A program made the translations under genes and the position numbers. Below are positions 29,767-39,165 of a DNA stretch of 64,000 nt, piece by piece. The stretch is taken from NCBI GenBank assembly GCA_965247415.1, contig OZ252007.1:2416416-2480415 (forward strand), written 5' to 3'. Numbering within the stretch: the first letter of the stretch is position 1; every line of letters begins with the position of its first letter. The DNA is from Methylophilaceae bacterium (lineage in GTDB: Bacteria > Pseudomonadota > Gammaproteobacteria > Burkholderiales > Methylophilaceae). The notes beneath the pieces are model-generated. The model saw only the letters and a list, made by a program, of their open reading frames with translations. It had not been told where the DNA came from and did no database searches.

Positions 29767-30000
29767 AATAGGTAAATAACTGTCAACCTATTTTAGGACG
29801 GGACAGTATGAAGAAATTAACTTGTATACATTTTTATGTGAAATGCTCATTCATTATCTTACTCATAATCCGTTGATGTTGAGTTCATGCTTTTTTAATA
29901 ACAAAGCCCAGGACTTAATCAAGTTATATTTAATTTTGCCGATAAAATTATTGAAAAATACCTGTAATTTAAAGATAGGCAACATAGAGAATTTAACTTA

Positions 30001-31953
30001 ATGAAAAATAAAGTAATTACAAAATTATTGGCTTCGTTCATTACGGTTTTATTACTCGTAGGCACAGTAGTTTATATTAGCAGCACCTCAGTTAAACGCG
30101 TTTCATCAAAAGCCGATCAATTAATCAAATTTGAAATTCCACAGCTAAATGAAATTTCCAACACTCAAAGTCTAATGGCAGAAATTTCAAATAATTTATT
30201 TCAATATTACGCGACGCTCGACAGAGATAATCATGTTAAAAATATACAAAATATCGAACGCATCAAAGAAGATATAAAAAATATTACCTTCATCAATAAG
30301 CAGGGTAACGTTAATCAATTACTTGATGATAGTTTGTTGGCGTTTATTTCTTATGCAAACAAATTAGATACTGAAATGCAATTAGGTGATGGTCGTGATT
30401 GGGATAAATTGCGTGAGTATTTATACGCTGCTCAAGAAAATTCCAAAACAATGATGTATCAGCTTGATACGGCCAAAATTGAGATTGAAAATAGCGTAAA
30501 ACAAAATAGCCTTTCTACTCAACAGGAAGTGAACAAACTCAACTATTTACAACTAGGATTTAGCTTAGCAGTATTGATCGCAGCATTATTTATTCTCGTA
30601 AATTTACATTTCAGAATAAAAGATAAGTCAGCGTTATTTAAACGTGCTTACTTCAATGACATCTCTGATTTACCAAATAGAAAATATTTTGAAGAGAATA
30701 TAGAGAAAATCTTATCTGACAAAAACAATAATCATTTTGGGTTTATGTTGTTGAATTTAGACCGTTTTAGCCTTATCACAGGGTCAATGGGCTATATATT
30801 TGGCGACCTTCTAATTAAAAAGATTTCAGAGTGGTTGGTCAATAGATTGGAAAGTAATGGCAATCCATTTGAAGTTTACCATTTCTCAGGAACTTCATGG
30901 TTAGTGATATTTACAAATATTCAAGATAAAAAACACATGATTAATATCGCAAATAGCATATCAAGCATGTCGACCGTTTCCTTGAATTTAGGTGACCGTG
31001 AAATGACTTGTAGTTGTAGTATTGGCATTTGCTTTAAGCCAGACAATCATATTAGAAGTGAAGAATTACTGAGCAACTTAGATACCTCATTACGCAACTC
31101 AAAAAAATCAGGCGGTAATACTTTTACTTTCTACGATCCGAGTATGAGTGTTGAAGCAAAAAGTTGGATTGATACTGAACAGTCATTAAGAAATGCTATT
31201 GAAAAACGAGAATTTGAACTCTTCTATCAACCAAAAGTGGACGCTCAAACAGGTAAAGTATCAAGCTCAGAAGCTTTGTTACGATGGTCAAAAAACGGTA
31301 CGTTAATTTCCCCCGCTGTTTTCATTCCCATCGCAGAAAAAAGCAATCTTATTTTAAAAATTGGTGACTGGGTACTTATTGAAGCCTGTAAACAGTGGGT
31401 AAATTGGCAGAAAGAGGGTATGCCAGCAATGCCGATTGCCATTAATATTTCTGCCCAACAATTTCAAGAGGCTGATTTCCCAAGCAAAGTTCAAGACGCG
31501 ATTGATAAAACAGGTATTCCAGCACACATGCTTGAATTAGAGATAACTGAAGAAGCTGCAGCACATGATTCAAAACATGTGGTTCAAATTATGAATGAGT
31601 TAAAAAAAATTGGGGTGAGTCTTGCAATTGATGACTTCGGGACGGGCTTTTCTTCACTGTCACATTTGAGTCATTTCCCAGTAAATGTTCTTAAAATTGA
31701 TCGTGCTTTTATTAAAAATATGAACAACTCGGCGACAGATGAATCCATCGTGAAATTAATATTGCAGCTTGCAAAAGTATTGCAATTTAAAGTGGTAGCG
31801 GAAGGTGTGGAAACAGAAATGCAATACCAACAACTGAAAGCTTGGGAATGTAATCTGATTCAAGGCTTCTTGTTTAGTAAGCCTTTGCCGGCAAATCAAT
31901 TTGTAAATCTAGTGATGCAAGAACAACAAACCACTTTGATTAATGCTGCATAG
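30001..31953 (+). CDS. membrane sensor protein with degenerate GGDEF and intact EAL domain (likely c-di-GMP phosphodiesterase)
   Basis: An N-terminal TM, a ~170-aa periplasmic/helical region and a second TM. The GGDEF position reads HFSGTSW. EAL-domain motifs are present (EFELFYQPKV, SSEALLRW, ELEITE, DDFGTGFSSL, LKIDRAFI, AEGVET, QGFLFSKP). Confidence 0.88.
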   Translation: MKNKVITKLLASFITVLLLVGTVVYISSTSVKRVSSKADQLIKFEIPQLNEISNTQSLMAEISNNLFQYYATLDRDNHVKNIQNIERIKEDIKNITFINKQGNVNQLLDDSLLAFISYANKLDTEMQLGDGRDWDKLREYLYAAQENSKTMMYQLDTAKIEIENSVKQNSLSTQQEVNKLNYLQLGFSLAVLIAALFILVNLHFRIKDKSALFKRAYFNDISDLPNRKYFEENIEKILSDKNNNHFGFMLLNLDRFSLITGSMGYIFGDLLIKKISEWLVNRLESNGNPFEVYHFSGTSWLVIFTNIQDKKHMINIANSISSMSTVSLNLGDREMTCSCSIGICFKPDNHIRSEELLSNLDTSLRNSKKSGGNTFTFYDPSMSVEAKSWIDTEQSLRNAIEKREFELFYQPKVDAQTGKVSSSEALLRWSKNGTLISPAVFIPIAEKSNLILKIGDWVLIEACKQWVNWQKEGMPAMPIAINISAQQFQEADFPSKVQDAIDKTGIPAHMLELEITEEAAAHDSKHVVQIMNELKKIGVSLAIDDFGTGFSSLSHLSHFPVNVLKIDRAFIKNMNNSATDESIVKLILQLAKVLQFKVVAEGVETEMQYQQLKAWECNLIQGFLFSKPLPANQFVNLVMQEQQTTLINAA

Positions 31954-32232
31954 CGATTAAAAGATAAAAAATTCAACTTAGATTGGCTGAACACAAATCA
32001 TCTTGAATAATTCCTCTTGATTTCAAAACTGTCCAAATCGTTTGAAAAAGTAATTTCACCACCAAACTTCTTTTAATTAATGTATAGGGTTAAAGAAGTT
32101 AGTAACTTTATGGATAAAGTAAAAAAGTTAAATTGTTTATTCTCAGAATTTTTCATTATTTTTAGCCCCCTTATGTTTGCCCCACGGCTGTTATTCTAGG
32201 TTGTGCCCAAGTTTTTAACAGTTTAAACAATA

Positions 32233-32284
32233 TTTGCGAATGGCTGCTTCTCCCCCCTGAAAAGCCATGGCGTACTAGATCCCC
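32233..32284 (+). repeat. ~52-bp repeat, copy B (partner of 21731-21784)
   Basis: TTTGCGAATGGCTGCTTCTCCCCCCTGAAAAGCCATGGCGTACTAGATCCCC lies in a ~1-kb region with no convincing gene. Confidence 0.6.
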
Positions 32285-33028
32285 AAAGCTGCCTTTCGTA
32301 GTCAAATGATTAATTGATTAAATAGGCCATAATCAATCAGTTATTCTAATTGGATCGAGTCCAAAATAGCGAGCCAAGCTGTTAGACAGGTTAATAGTAT
32401 ATTTAAAAATTTTATTCTATTTTATTTAGGATAGATTTAATCAATATCCACAAGTTTCATATAAAGCTATTGCCTGCAAGGCTAACAGCAGTTGTATTTA
32501 TAGCCCTCCCGTGTAACATTAGCGGGAAACAATGCTTAGTTATTAAAAACCGTCGTAGGGACATGATCACTAATAATCAATTCAATAATGGGAATTATAT
32601 AAAATGAGTGAAGAAAAATCAGTGGGTAGAATTGAATATGAGAAAAGATTTTGTCTTCTTCTAAAAAATTCTTCAACAGCAATTTGAAGCTGGAAAAATA
32701 AGAATAGCATAGGGATTGGATATAGAATAAAACTTTCTAGCCCTTATGGTATGGATTTGATGGTGAAATTGATCTTGATACTGTTGACGGTGTTTTCAGA
32801 TTAATGGCTCTTTGCATTACCGCAATGCATGATCTTGAAGAGTTAAAAAAGGAGGCGTCCTTAAGCGATATACATAATATGTATTTCAAACTTATCGAAG
32901 ACAGTTTCGGTGAATTTTACAAAATTATGCAAAAGCGAGACATATACACTGTTTTTAATATAGCATTTTTCAACTTATCATTTATAAACCGCTGAATTGC
33001 AAACCTAATAAATAAATTGAATTCTATT

Positions 33029-34111
33029 ATGTATAAAATAAAAAAAATAATACATCAATATGATCATAGGAGAAATCTCGATGCCGCTACCATAGCGCTA
33101 ATGGCAGCATCGAAAGTGAATGATACGTTGTTAATACCTGAGCTTTGTAGCACATTCAAAACAATATTTAATTTAGCCGAGTGTGGTTTTTTTTGGTCAA
33201 ACGAACGTGGTGAGTTTTTAGACGCCTGGTGTACGACACCACATTTTTTAAATTTTGACACTTTAAATTCATGTGCGGCATTTCAAGCGGAAGGAGAGCG
33301 TAATTGGCCGACTTTTACTGAAAATGTATTAGCAGGTCCGCTAGCAGGTTATTTAATACCTTTTCAAAACGAGCGCTTGTATGCTTCAGCACATTTTAAA
33401 AGAGTTTATGAGCCACTTAATGTTAAATTTTTATTAGATGTTGTGTTGCATGACGGGCAAAGGCCATATGGCGCATTTTTAATGATGCGCACTTTAGCTC
33501 AAGGGCAGTTTACTGAAGAAGAATGTGATTTTATTGCGAGTTTGATTCCAACCTTAAATGGTATTTTTAAGGAGGAGCAACCTAATGTTACCTATTCAGA
33601 TAAACTTACTACTGGTTTTTCTGTGCTATCAGAAAATGGTGAAGCTAATTATATCGATTCTGTTGCATCTAGCATTGTTTGGGCGCTGGTTTACGATACG
33701 CCAGGTGCGTTTGCCAACCCTACAGCACCAAATTTAAGTAAGCAATTAGAGGCGTTATGTGCGCCTTATTATGAAAAAGCCCTAGAGGGTGAGGAGATGA
33801 TTTTTTCTATTAAAAATAGATGGGGCTGCTTTAATTTAAAGTTTGAAAGTCCATATTCATCCCGTCAAATTTCAGTTCAGTTGCAAAAGCGCGTTCCGCT
33901 ACGCACTGAAATTATCAATAAGCTATATTTGTTAAAGTTAACGCCTATGCAGCAAATTGTGGCTTACCAATTGGCGCTTAATGGGTCAAGACAAGAAATT
34001 GCAGAGTCACTGGGTGTTTCTATTGAAACTGTTACTACGCACATTAAATCTATTTATAAATTAACAGATACGCAATCAAGTCACGGGCTACTCTTAAAAT
34101 TGATAGGTTAG
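33029..34111 (+). CDS. LuxR/GerE-type HTH transcriptional regulator with unrecognised N-terminal domain
   Basis: The C-terminal ~60 aa are LTPMQQIVAYQLALNGSRQEIAESLGVSIETVTTHIKSIYKLTDTQSSHGLL (LuxR-type HTH). I assign no family to the N-terminal ~290 aa. The start is ATG 33029 or TTG 33017. Confidence 0.75.
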   Translation: MYKIKKIIHQYDHRRNLDAATIALMAASKVNDTLLIPELCSTFKTIFNLAECGFFWSNERGEFLDAWCTTPHFLNFDTLNSCAAFQAEGERNWPTFTENVLAGPLAGYLIPFQNERLYASAHFKRVYEPLNVKFLLDVVLHDGQRPYGAFLMMRTLAQGQFTEEECDFIASLIPTLNGIFKEEQPNVTYSDKLTTGFSVLSENGEANYIDSVASSIVWALVYDTPGAFANPTAPNLSKQLEALCAPYYEKALEGEEMIFSIKNRWGCFNLKFESPYSSRQISVQLQKRVPLRTEIINKLYLLKLTPMQQIVAYQLALNGSRQEIAESLGVSIETVTTHIKSIYKLTDTQSSHGLLLKLIG

Positions 34112-34243
34112 CGTCACAAAAAATTCATACCATATCCCCCATTTAGGGGATATAGGTTTGTGTAAACAATTGTTATAATTTTGTGGTATTTAACAAATAC
34201 ACTTCAAAAAGTTGCGTATCATAAATTTTTAAGGGGCAATAAT

Positions 34244-34981
34244 ATGAAAAAAATTTCTAAATTAACATTGGTTTTATTGATGGCAGTAGGTGTTTTAAGT
34301 TCCGGCGTTGTGAATGCGGCATGTAGTGATGTTACAAGAGCGGCATTGCAAGCTGCAGCTGATGGTGTAGTTACTGGTGCAAGTGGCACAGGTGGTTTTG
34401 GTCTTAATATGTGGGTAACAATGGTCGATGAAACTGGCGCTGTTTGTCATGTTGTAACAACAGGGGATACAGGTAAATTAGCTGGTAACGCTGAATGGCT
34501 AGGTAGTCGTGTGATTTCTGCACAAAAAGCCAATACTGCTAATGCTTTTAGTTTAAATGGTGTTTCAATTTCATCAGGTGCTTTATATGCCGCTGTTCAA
34601 CCAGGTGGAAGTTTATTTGGCTTGCAAGAATCTAATCCAGTAAACGCATCTGTGGCATATTCTGGCTCGCCTAATAATTATGGTAAAGCAAATGACCCAT
34701 TAAAAGGTAAACGTATTGGTGGTGTGAATGTATTTGGTGGTGGAATTGCACTATATAATTCAGCCGGTACAAAAGTAGGTGCTATTGGTGTTTCAGGTGA
34801 TACTTCCTGCACCGACCATGCTTTTGCTTGGAAAGTGCGTGAAACGCTTAATTTAGATACCGCGCAAACAAATGATTTTGAGAAATTAAATCTTACAACT
34901 ACTTTTGCTAATTTGGGCGATCATCCAAATTGTGCTTCAGATACTAATTTAAATAACGCAACAGCATTTGGTTTTAATTAA
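34244..34981 (+). CDS. secreted GlcG/HbpS-like (DUF336) protein
   Basis: Signal peptide MKKISKLTLVLLMAVGVLSSGVVNA. DUF336 pattern is present (MWVTMVDETGAV, SRVISAQKANTANAF, GGGIALYN..GTKVGAIGVSGDTSCTDH). An AAGGGG SD precedes ATG 34244. Confidence 0.7.
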   Translation: MKKISKLTLVLLMAVGVLSSGVVNAACSDVTRAALQAAADGVVTGASGTGGFGLNMWVTMVDETGAVCHVVTTGDTGKLAGNAEWLGSRVISAQKANTANAFSLNGVSISSGALYAAVQPGGSLFGLQESNPVNASVAYSGSPNNYGKANDPLKGKRIGGVNVFGGGIALYNSAGTKVGAIGVSGDTSCTDHAFAWKVRETLNLDTAQTNDFEKLNLTTTFANLGDHPNCASDTNLNNATAFGFN

Positions 34982-35005
34982 CAATCTAGTTTGTTGAGTA
35001 AAAAT

Positions 35006-35035
35006 AAACCTCAGATCTCCTGAGGTTTATTTATA
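35006..35035 (+). terminator. rho-independent terminator
   Basis: AAACCTCAG-ATCTC-CTGAGGTTT is followed by a T-rich tract. It separates the DUF336 gene from the pseudopilin gene. Confidence 0.7.
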
Positions 35036-35093
35036 TGTTCACACTTGCTTATTTTGCGTTTAGAATTAAATCACCGTTTATAACTAATTATGG

Positions 35094-35510
35094 GTGTGTA
35101 TAAAAGTGAAAAGTCAGTCTGGTTTTACTTTATTAGGGTTGTTAGTGGTTATGGTGATTGTTGGTTTGTTATCGGGTTATGTTGGACCTAAATATTTCGC
35201 ACAGTTAGGAATGTCTGAAGTGAAATCAGCAAAAGCACAGCTCAATTCACTCAGAAAAGCATTAGATGTCTATCGACTAGATACAGGCAACTATCCAGAC
35301 CAACAACTCAGATTAAGTGCATTAATAGTTGCACCACAAGGTGTAAATGGATGGCAAGGCCCTTATTTATATAAAGCTGTCCTTAACGACCCATGGGGGC
35401 ACCCTTATATTTATAAAATTCCTGATGAGAAAAGTGAACTGGAAATTATTTCTCTTGGTGCGGATGGTCAGGCTGGCGGAAGTGATGAAAACGCCGATAT
35501 TGTCGAATAA
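35094..35510 (+). CDS. GspG-like major pseudopilin with Gly instead of Glu at mature position +5
   Basis: Prepilin leader and cleavage site (KSQSG/FTLLGLLVV) and a GspG body (YRLDTGNYP, GWQGPYL, DPWGHPYIY, SLGADGQAGG). The codon at +5 is GGG. The start is probably GTG 35106. Confidence 0.8.
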   Translation: MCIKVKSQSGFTLLGLLVVMVIVGLLSGYVGPKYFAQLGMSEVKSAKAQLNSLRKALDVYRLDTGNYPDQQLRLSALIVAPQGVNGWQGPYLYKAVLNDPWGHPYIYKIPDEKSELEIISLGADGQAGGSDENADIVE

Positions 35511-35512
35511 TA

Positions 35513-36730
35513 ATGCAATATCAATTACGTGTTTTGCGCGATGGTAAAGCGCCACAGCAGTTTGAGGTTGATGCAACTTCTTCGGGTGAGGCCATAAAAA
35601 AAGCAGAGCAGCAAGGCCTCACGGTACTTCAAATTAAGCCAGCGCAAACAGGTTTTTTTTCTTTTATTCCCAATTTGCTCACTCAAAAAAGTGGTGTTAG
35701 CAATCAAACTTTTCCATTAATCTTATTTTGCCAAGAATTCCGTGTGTTATTTGATGCGGGATTGGCGGTGATGGAAGTGTTAAATACCTTAATTGACAAA
35801 GAGTCTAATTCTCCAACTAAACAAGTGTTAGAAAATTTACTGCAAGCTGTGCAAGAAGGTAAAACGCTCTCACAAGCCATGGCACTGAATCCGCAGGCTT
35901 TTCCAAGTTTGTTGATTGCAACGGTGAGTGCAGCAGAATCTACAGGAGACTTGTCTGAAGCGCTGATGCGCTATAGCCATTATTTAGAAAGCGTGGATTT
36001 ATTAAAAAAGAAAATTGTCAGCGCAACGCTTTACCCAGCAATTGTGAGTACAGTTGGGGTAGTAGTGTTGATTTTTTTAATTGTTTTTGTGATTCCAAAA
36101 TTCAGTAAAATTTATGAAACCCAAGTTAAAACCGTTTCATTGACCACGCAGTTTTTACTAAAGCTGGGTAATTTCTCACAACACTATGGTTTTTTGATGT
36201 TGGTAATATTTGTGGTGTTAGTTGTAGGGATATCTATCAGTATTGCAAACCCTGAAAACAGAAAACGCTTGACTGAAAAAATGTGGAAAATTCCATACCT
36301 TGGTGAGCATTTACGCTTGTATTACCTAACACGGTTCTATCGCACGTTTGCCATGTTATTAAAAAGTGGTATTCCTGTGATGAATGGTTTAACAATGGTA
36401 GAAAACTTATTAGGCGTGCAGTTAAAAAGTAATCTATTGCATGCAAAAAAATTGATTTCAGAAGGAAAGCCTTTTTCAAATGCACTCCAAACGGCAGGCC
36501 TTACTACGCCAGTAGCGATTCGACTATTTAACGTTGGCGAGCAAACAGGTACGCTGGATTTAATGATGGAACGCGCGGCGACTTTTCATGAAGAGCAAAT
36601 GGTGCGTTGGATAGACCGTTTTACCAAAGTGTTTGAGCCTATGCTGATGGCTTTGATTGGCATTATGATTGGGGGGATTGTGCTCATGCTGTATATGCCA
36701 ATTTTTGAATTAGCTAGTGGTATTGAGTAA
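35513..36730 (+). CDS. GspF/PilC-family inner-membrane platform protein (cluster 1)
   Basis: 405 aa with the duplicated T2SSF domain, 3 TM segments and the conserved C-terminus MLMALIGIMIGGIVLMLYMPIFELASGI. Confidence 0.9.
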   Translation: MQYQLRVLRDGKAPQQFEVDATSSGEAIKKAEQQGLTVLQIKPAQTGFFSFIPNLLTQKSGVSNQTFPLILFCQEFRVLFDAGLAVMEVLNTLIDKESNSPTKQVLENLLQAVQEGKTLSQAMALNPQAFPSLLIATVSAAESTGDLSEALMRYSHYLESVDLLKKKIVSATLYPAIVSTVGVVVLIFLIVFVIPKFSKIYETQVKTVSLTTQFLLKLGNFSQHYGFLMLVIFVVLVVGISISIANPENRKRLTEKMWKIPYLGEHLRLYYLTRFYRTFAMLLKSGIPVMNGLTMVENLLGVQLKSNLLHAKKLISEGKPFSNALQTAGLTTPVAIRLFNVGEQTGTLDLMMERAATFHEEQMVRWIDRFTKVFEPMLMALIGIMIGGIVLMLYMPIFELASGIE

Positions 36731-36738
36731 TTAAGCAA

Positions 36739-38391
36739 ATGACCACTGCACATTTTCAACAGCTTTTTCTACAAGCTCGGACCCTATCAGAAAAAAATGG
36801 TCAACGCGCTATTGAGCAATTGGAAACGCTCTCTCAACTTTCACCCCCGATATTTACTGAGCAATTGGCTACTTTGTTTTCTTACCCTGTTTTATCCTTG
36901 GATGAGATGCAAATTTTGACACCCGATTTTCAGCGAATTAATTTCTCAGAAAGTTTGCAATATGAATGTTTGTTGCTAAAACGAGATGAAACTTACTTAT
37001 TTGTATTTGCTGATGTGTATAAGCAAAGTGTCATTGCTTGGGCGGCAGAGCGCATTCAAACGGCATTTGTCACACATTTAGCGCATCGAGCGGATATTGC
37101 TGCATTCTTGGCTAAGCATGAAGATGAAACACGTGCCATGCAAAGTGCGATGCACCATGTGGGCGTGACTAAGCAAGAGGGTGAAACGAAAGAAGAACTT
37201 TCGCTCAATGTGATTGAAGGGGATATTAGCCCCGTCATTAAACTTGTCCGTTCCACGCTTTATGATGCACTTAAAGCAGAAGCAAGTGACATTCATTTAG
37301 TGACAGCACCTGACGGCTTGGTAATTAAATATCGTTTAGATGGTGTATTAACACAAATTGGTGCAATCAATGAATTGTCATTAGCGGAGCAAGTGGTTTC
37401 CCGTATTAAGGTGATTTCTGAGCTTGATATTACCGAGCAGCGTGTGCCACAAGATGGACGCTTTAGAGCCGTTTATCGTGGTCGTGATGTCGATTTTCGT
37501 GTGTCCGTGATGCCAAGTATTCATGGCGAAGATGTGGTGATTCGGGTTTTGGATAAGCAAACACTGGCTGACCAATCGGTTGGTTTGCGTTTAGATGTGC
37601 TGGGCTTTGATGCTGAAACGATGGCGGTGATGCGTGAGCAGTTTGCCATGCCTTATGGAATGGTGTTAGTCACTGGGCCAACAGGCAGTGGCAAAACCAC
37701 AACACTCTATGCGGCTATTAGTGAAATTAATCGTGGTGACGACAAAATTATCACCATTGAAGACCCTGTAGAGTATGAATTAAAAGGGGTTTTGCAGATT
37801 CCCGTGAATGAGAAAAAGGGTCTGACTTTTGCCCGGGGGTTGCGCTCAATTTTACGTCACGACCCTGACCGCATTATGGTTGGGGAAATTCGAGACAGTG
37901 AAACAGCGCAAATTGCGGTGCAATCTGCGTTAACTGGGCATTTGGTATTTACAACTGTACATGCAAATAATGCTTTTGATGTCATTGGGCGCTTTATAAA
38001 TATGGGTGTTGATCCTTATAGTTTTGTTTCAGCCTTAAATATAGTTGTTGCTCAACGATTGTTGCGTGTGAATTGCCCGCAATGTGCAGAAAAGGTTACT
38101 GCAAATATTCCCTATAAAAATATTGTGATTCCAGCCAGTGCGCAATTAAAACGTGGTAAAGGATGCGGTACTTGTCGTGGCACTGGCTACAAAGGACGGC
38201 GTGCAGTGGCGGAAATTTTAATATTAGATGATGAGTTGCGTGAACTTATCGCCAATCGTGGCTCCATTCGACAAATTAAAGAATTGGCAGCCAAAAAGGG
38301 CACACAATTCTTACATCAATCTGCACTGAACATGGCTTTTGCTGGTGAAACAACGATTGAGGAGGTGCTACGTGTTGCTCCCTTGGTCTAA
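36739..38391 (+). CDS. GspE/PilB-family secretion ATPase (cluster 1)
   Basis: Walker A GPTGSGKTT, Asp box, Walker B (IMVGEIRD), His box (LVFTTVHAN) and a tetracysteine motif (CPQC...GCGTCRGTGYKGR). Confidence 0.95.
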   Translation: MTTAHFQQLFLQARTLSEKNGQRAIEQLETLSQLSPPIFTEQLATLFSYPVLSLDEMQILTPDFQRINFSESLQYECLLLKRDETYLFVFADVYKQSVIAWAAERIQTAFVTHLAHRADIAAFLAKHEDETRAMQSAMHHVGVTKQEGETKEELSLNVIEGDISPVIKLVRSTLYDALKAEASDIHLVTAPDGLVIKYRLDGVLTQIGAINELSLAEQVVSRIKVISELDITEQRVPQDGRFRAVYRGRDVDFRVSVMPSIHGEDVVIRVLDKQTLADQSVGLRLDVLGFDAETMAVMREQFAMPYGMVLVTGPTGSGKTTTLYAAISEINRGDDKIITIEDPVEYELKGVLQIPVNEKKGLTFARGLRSILRHDPDRIMVGEIRDSETAQIAVQSALTGHLVFTTVHANNAFDVIGRFINMGVDPYSFVSALNIVVAQRLLRVNCPQCAEKVTANIPYKNIVIPASAQLKRGKGCGTCRGTGYKGRRAVAEILILDDELRELIANRGSIRQIKELAAKKGTQFLHQSALNMAFAGETTIEEVLRVAPLV

Positions 38392-39148
38392 ACCCTTAAT
38401 CTTAACCATCGCTGCACACAGTATTGCGCTTAAAGATTCAAATAGTAAAGTCCACTTGCTATCTAAGCAAACCACAGATTTTGCGAATATTCCAAATGTA
38501 TTAGAGAAAGTTAAAGCGCTTTTTAAAAGGCAATCTGTTGAGATCATACTTTCAAATCATTTTGTAAGATTTTTAGCTTTACCTTGGCAAGCGCACATTG
38601 TGCAACTACAAGATTGGCAAGCCATTGCGCAACACGCGTTTAAAAAAGAATTTGGTGCGATGGCTAACGACTGGAAAGTGGCCGTGCATTTATATGGATT
38701 TGGTCAGCCTATTTTAGCCACAGCGATGGATAAAAGTGCCATTCATCATCTTAATGAAGTTGCTATGCTGATGGATTTTAAAATTCAATCTATCATCCCC
38801 TTATTAAATAAATGTTGGTCGCAACATTTAACAGAAAAAGATTGGCTGCTTATTGTTGAACCGCAAAGGCTATTATTAGCGCAAATGCAAGCATGTATTT
38901 GCAATCAAATGGTGGTTGATATGCCACCATCAGGGCAAGAGCAACAACATGCAACACAATTAGTACAGCGCAGCTTGATGCAAACGCCCGAGACTTTGCG
39001 CCCAAGTCGCGTGCTGACTTACGTAACAAGTGAAATACAGGAAAATTGGCAAAAAAATGGGGATTCCATCATTAAGCTGGTAAATCCAGTGGTGAATAAT
39101 CAACCGCATGCAGTTTGGATGGCAAATTTCTTGGATGACAAATTTTAA
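38372..39148 (+). CDS. PilM/GspL-like assembly protein (cluster 1), family assignment tentative
   Basis: The GTG start overlaps the end of gspE and is preceded by GAGGAGG. It is positional and sequence paralog of 48125-48982 and occupies the PilM/GspL slot before three single-TM proteins. Confidence 0.4.
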   Translation: MLLPWSKPLILTIAAHSIALKDSNSKVHLLSKQTTDFANIPNVLEKVKALFKRQSVEIILSNHFVRFLALPWQAHIVQLQDWQAIAQHAFKKEFGAMANDWKVAVHLYGFGQPILATAMDKSAIHHLNEVAMLMDFKIQSIIPLLNKCWSQHLTEKDWLLIVEPQRLLLAQMQACICNQMVVDMPPSGQEQQHATQLVQRSLMQTPETLRPSRVLTYVTSEIQENWQKNGDSIIKLVNPVVNNQPHAVWMANFLDDKF

Positions 39149-39165
39149 GTCATCAAGCTAATGGA

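Larger units (their letters stand above)
28479..29804 (+). mobile_element. IS3-family insertion sequence, apparently intact (1326 bp)
   Basis: 25-bp imperfect terminal inverted repeats match at 22/25 positions: TGACCCGTCCTGAAATAAGTTGACA (28479-28503) versus the reverse complement of 29780-29804, TGTCCCGTCCTAAAATAGGTTGACA. Ends are TG...CA. A GTA direct repeat flanks both ends (28476-28478 and 29805-29807). orfA and orfB are in 0/-1 frames. Confidence 0.92.

Noticed and set aside
32804-32995. 63-aa ORF, and a 28-codon ORF near 32604, in the 1-kb gap before the LuxR gene
   Set aside because: I see no recognisable family or convincing RBS, and the region is AT-rich. I left it unannotated, although a small accessory gene cannot be excluded.
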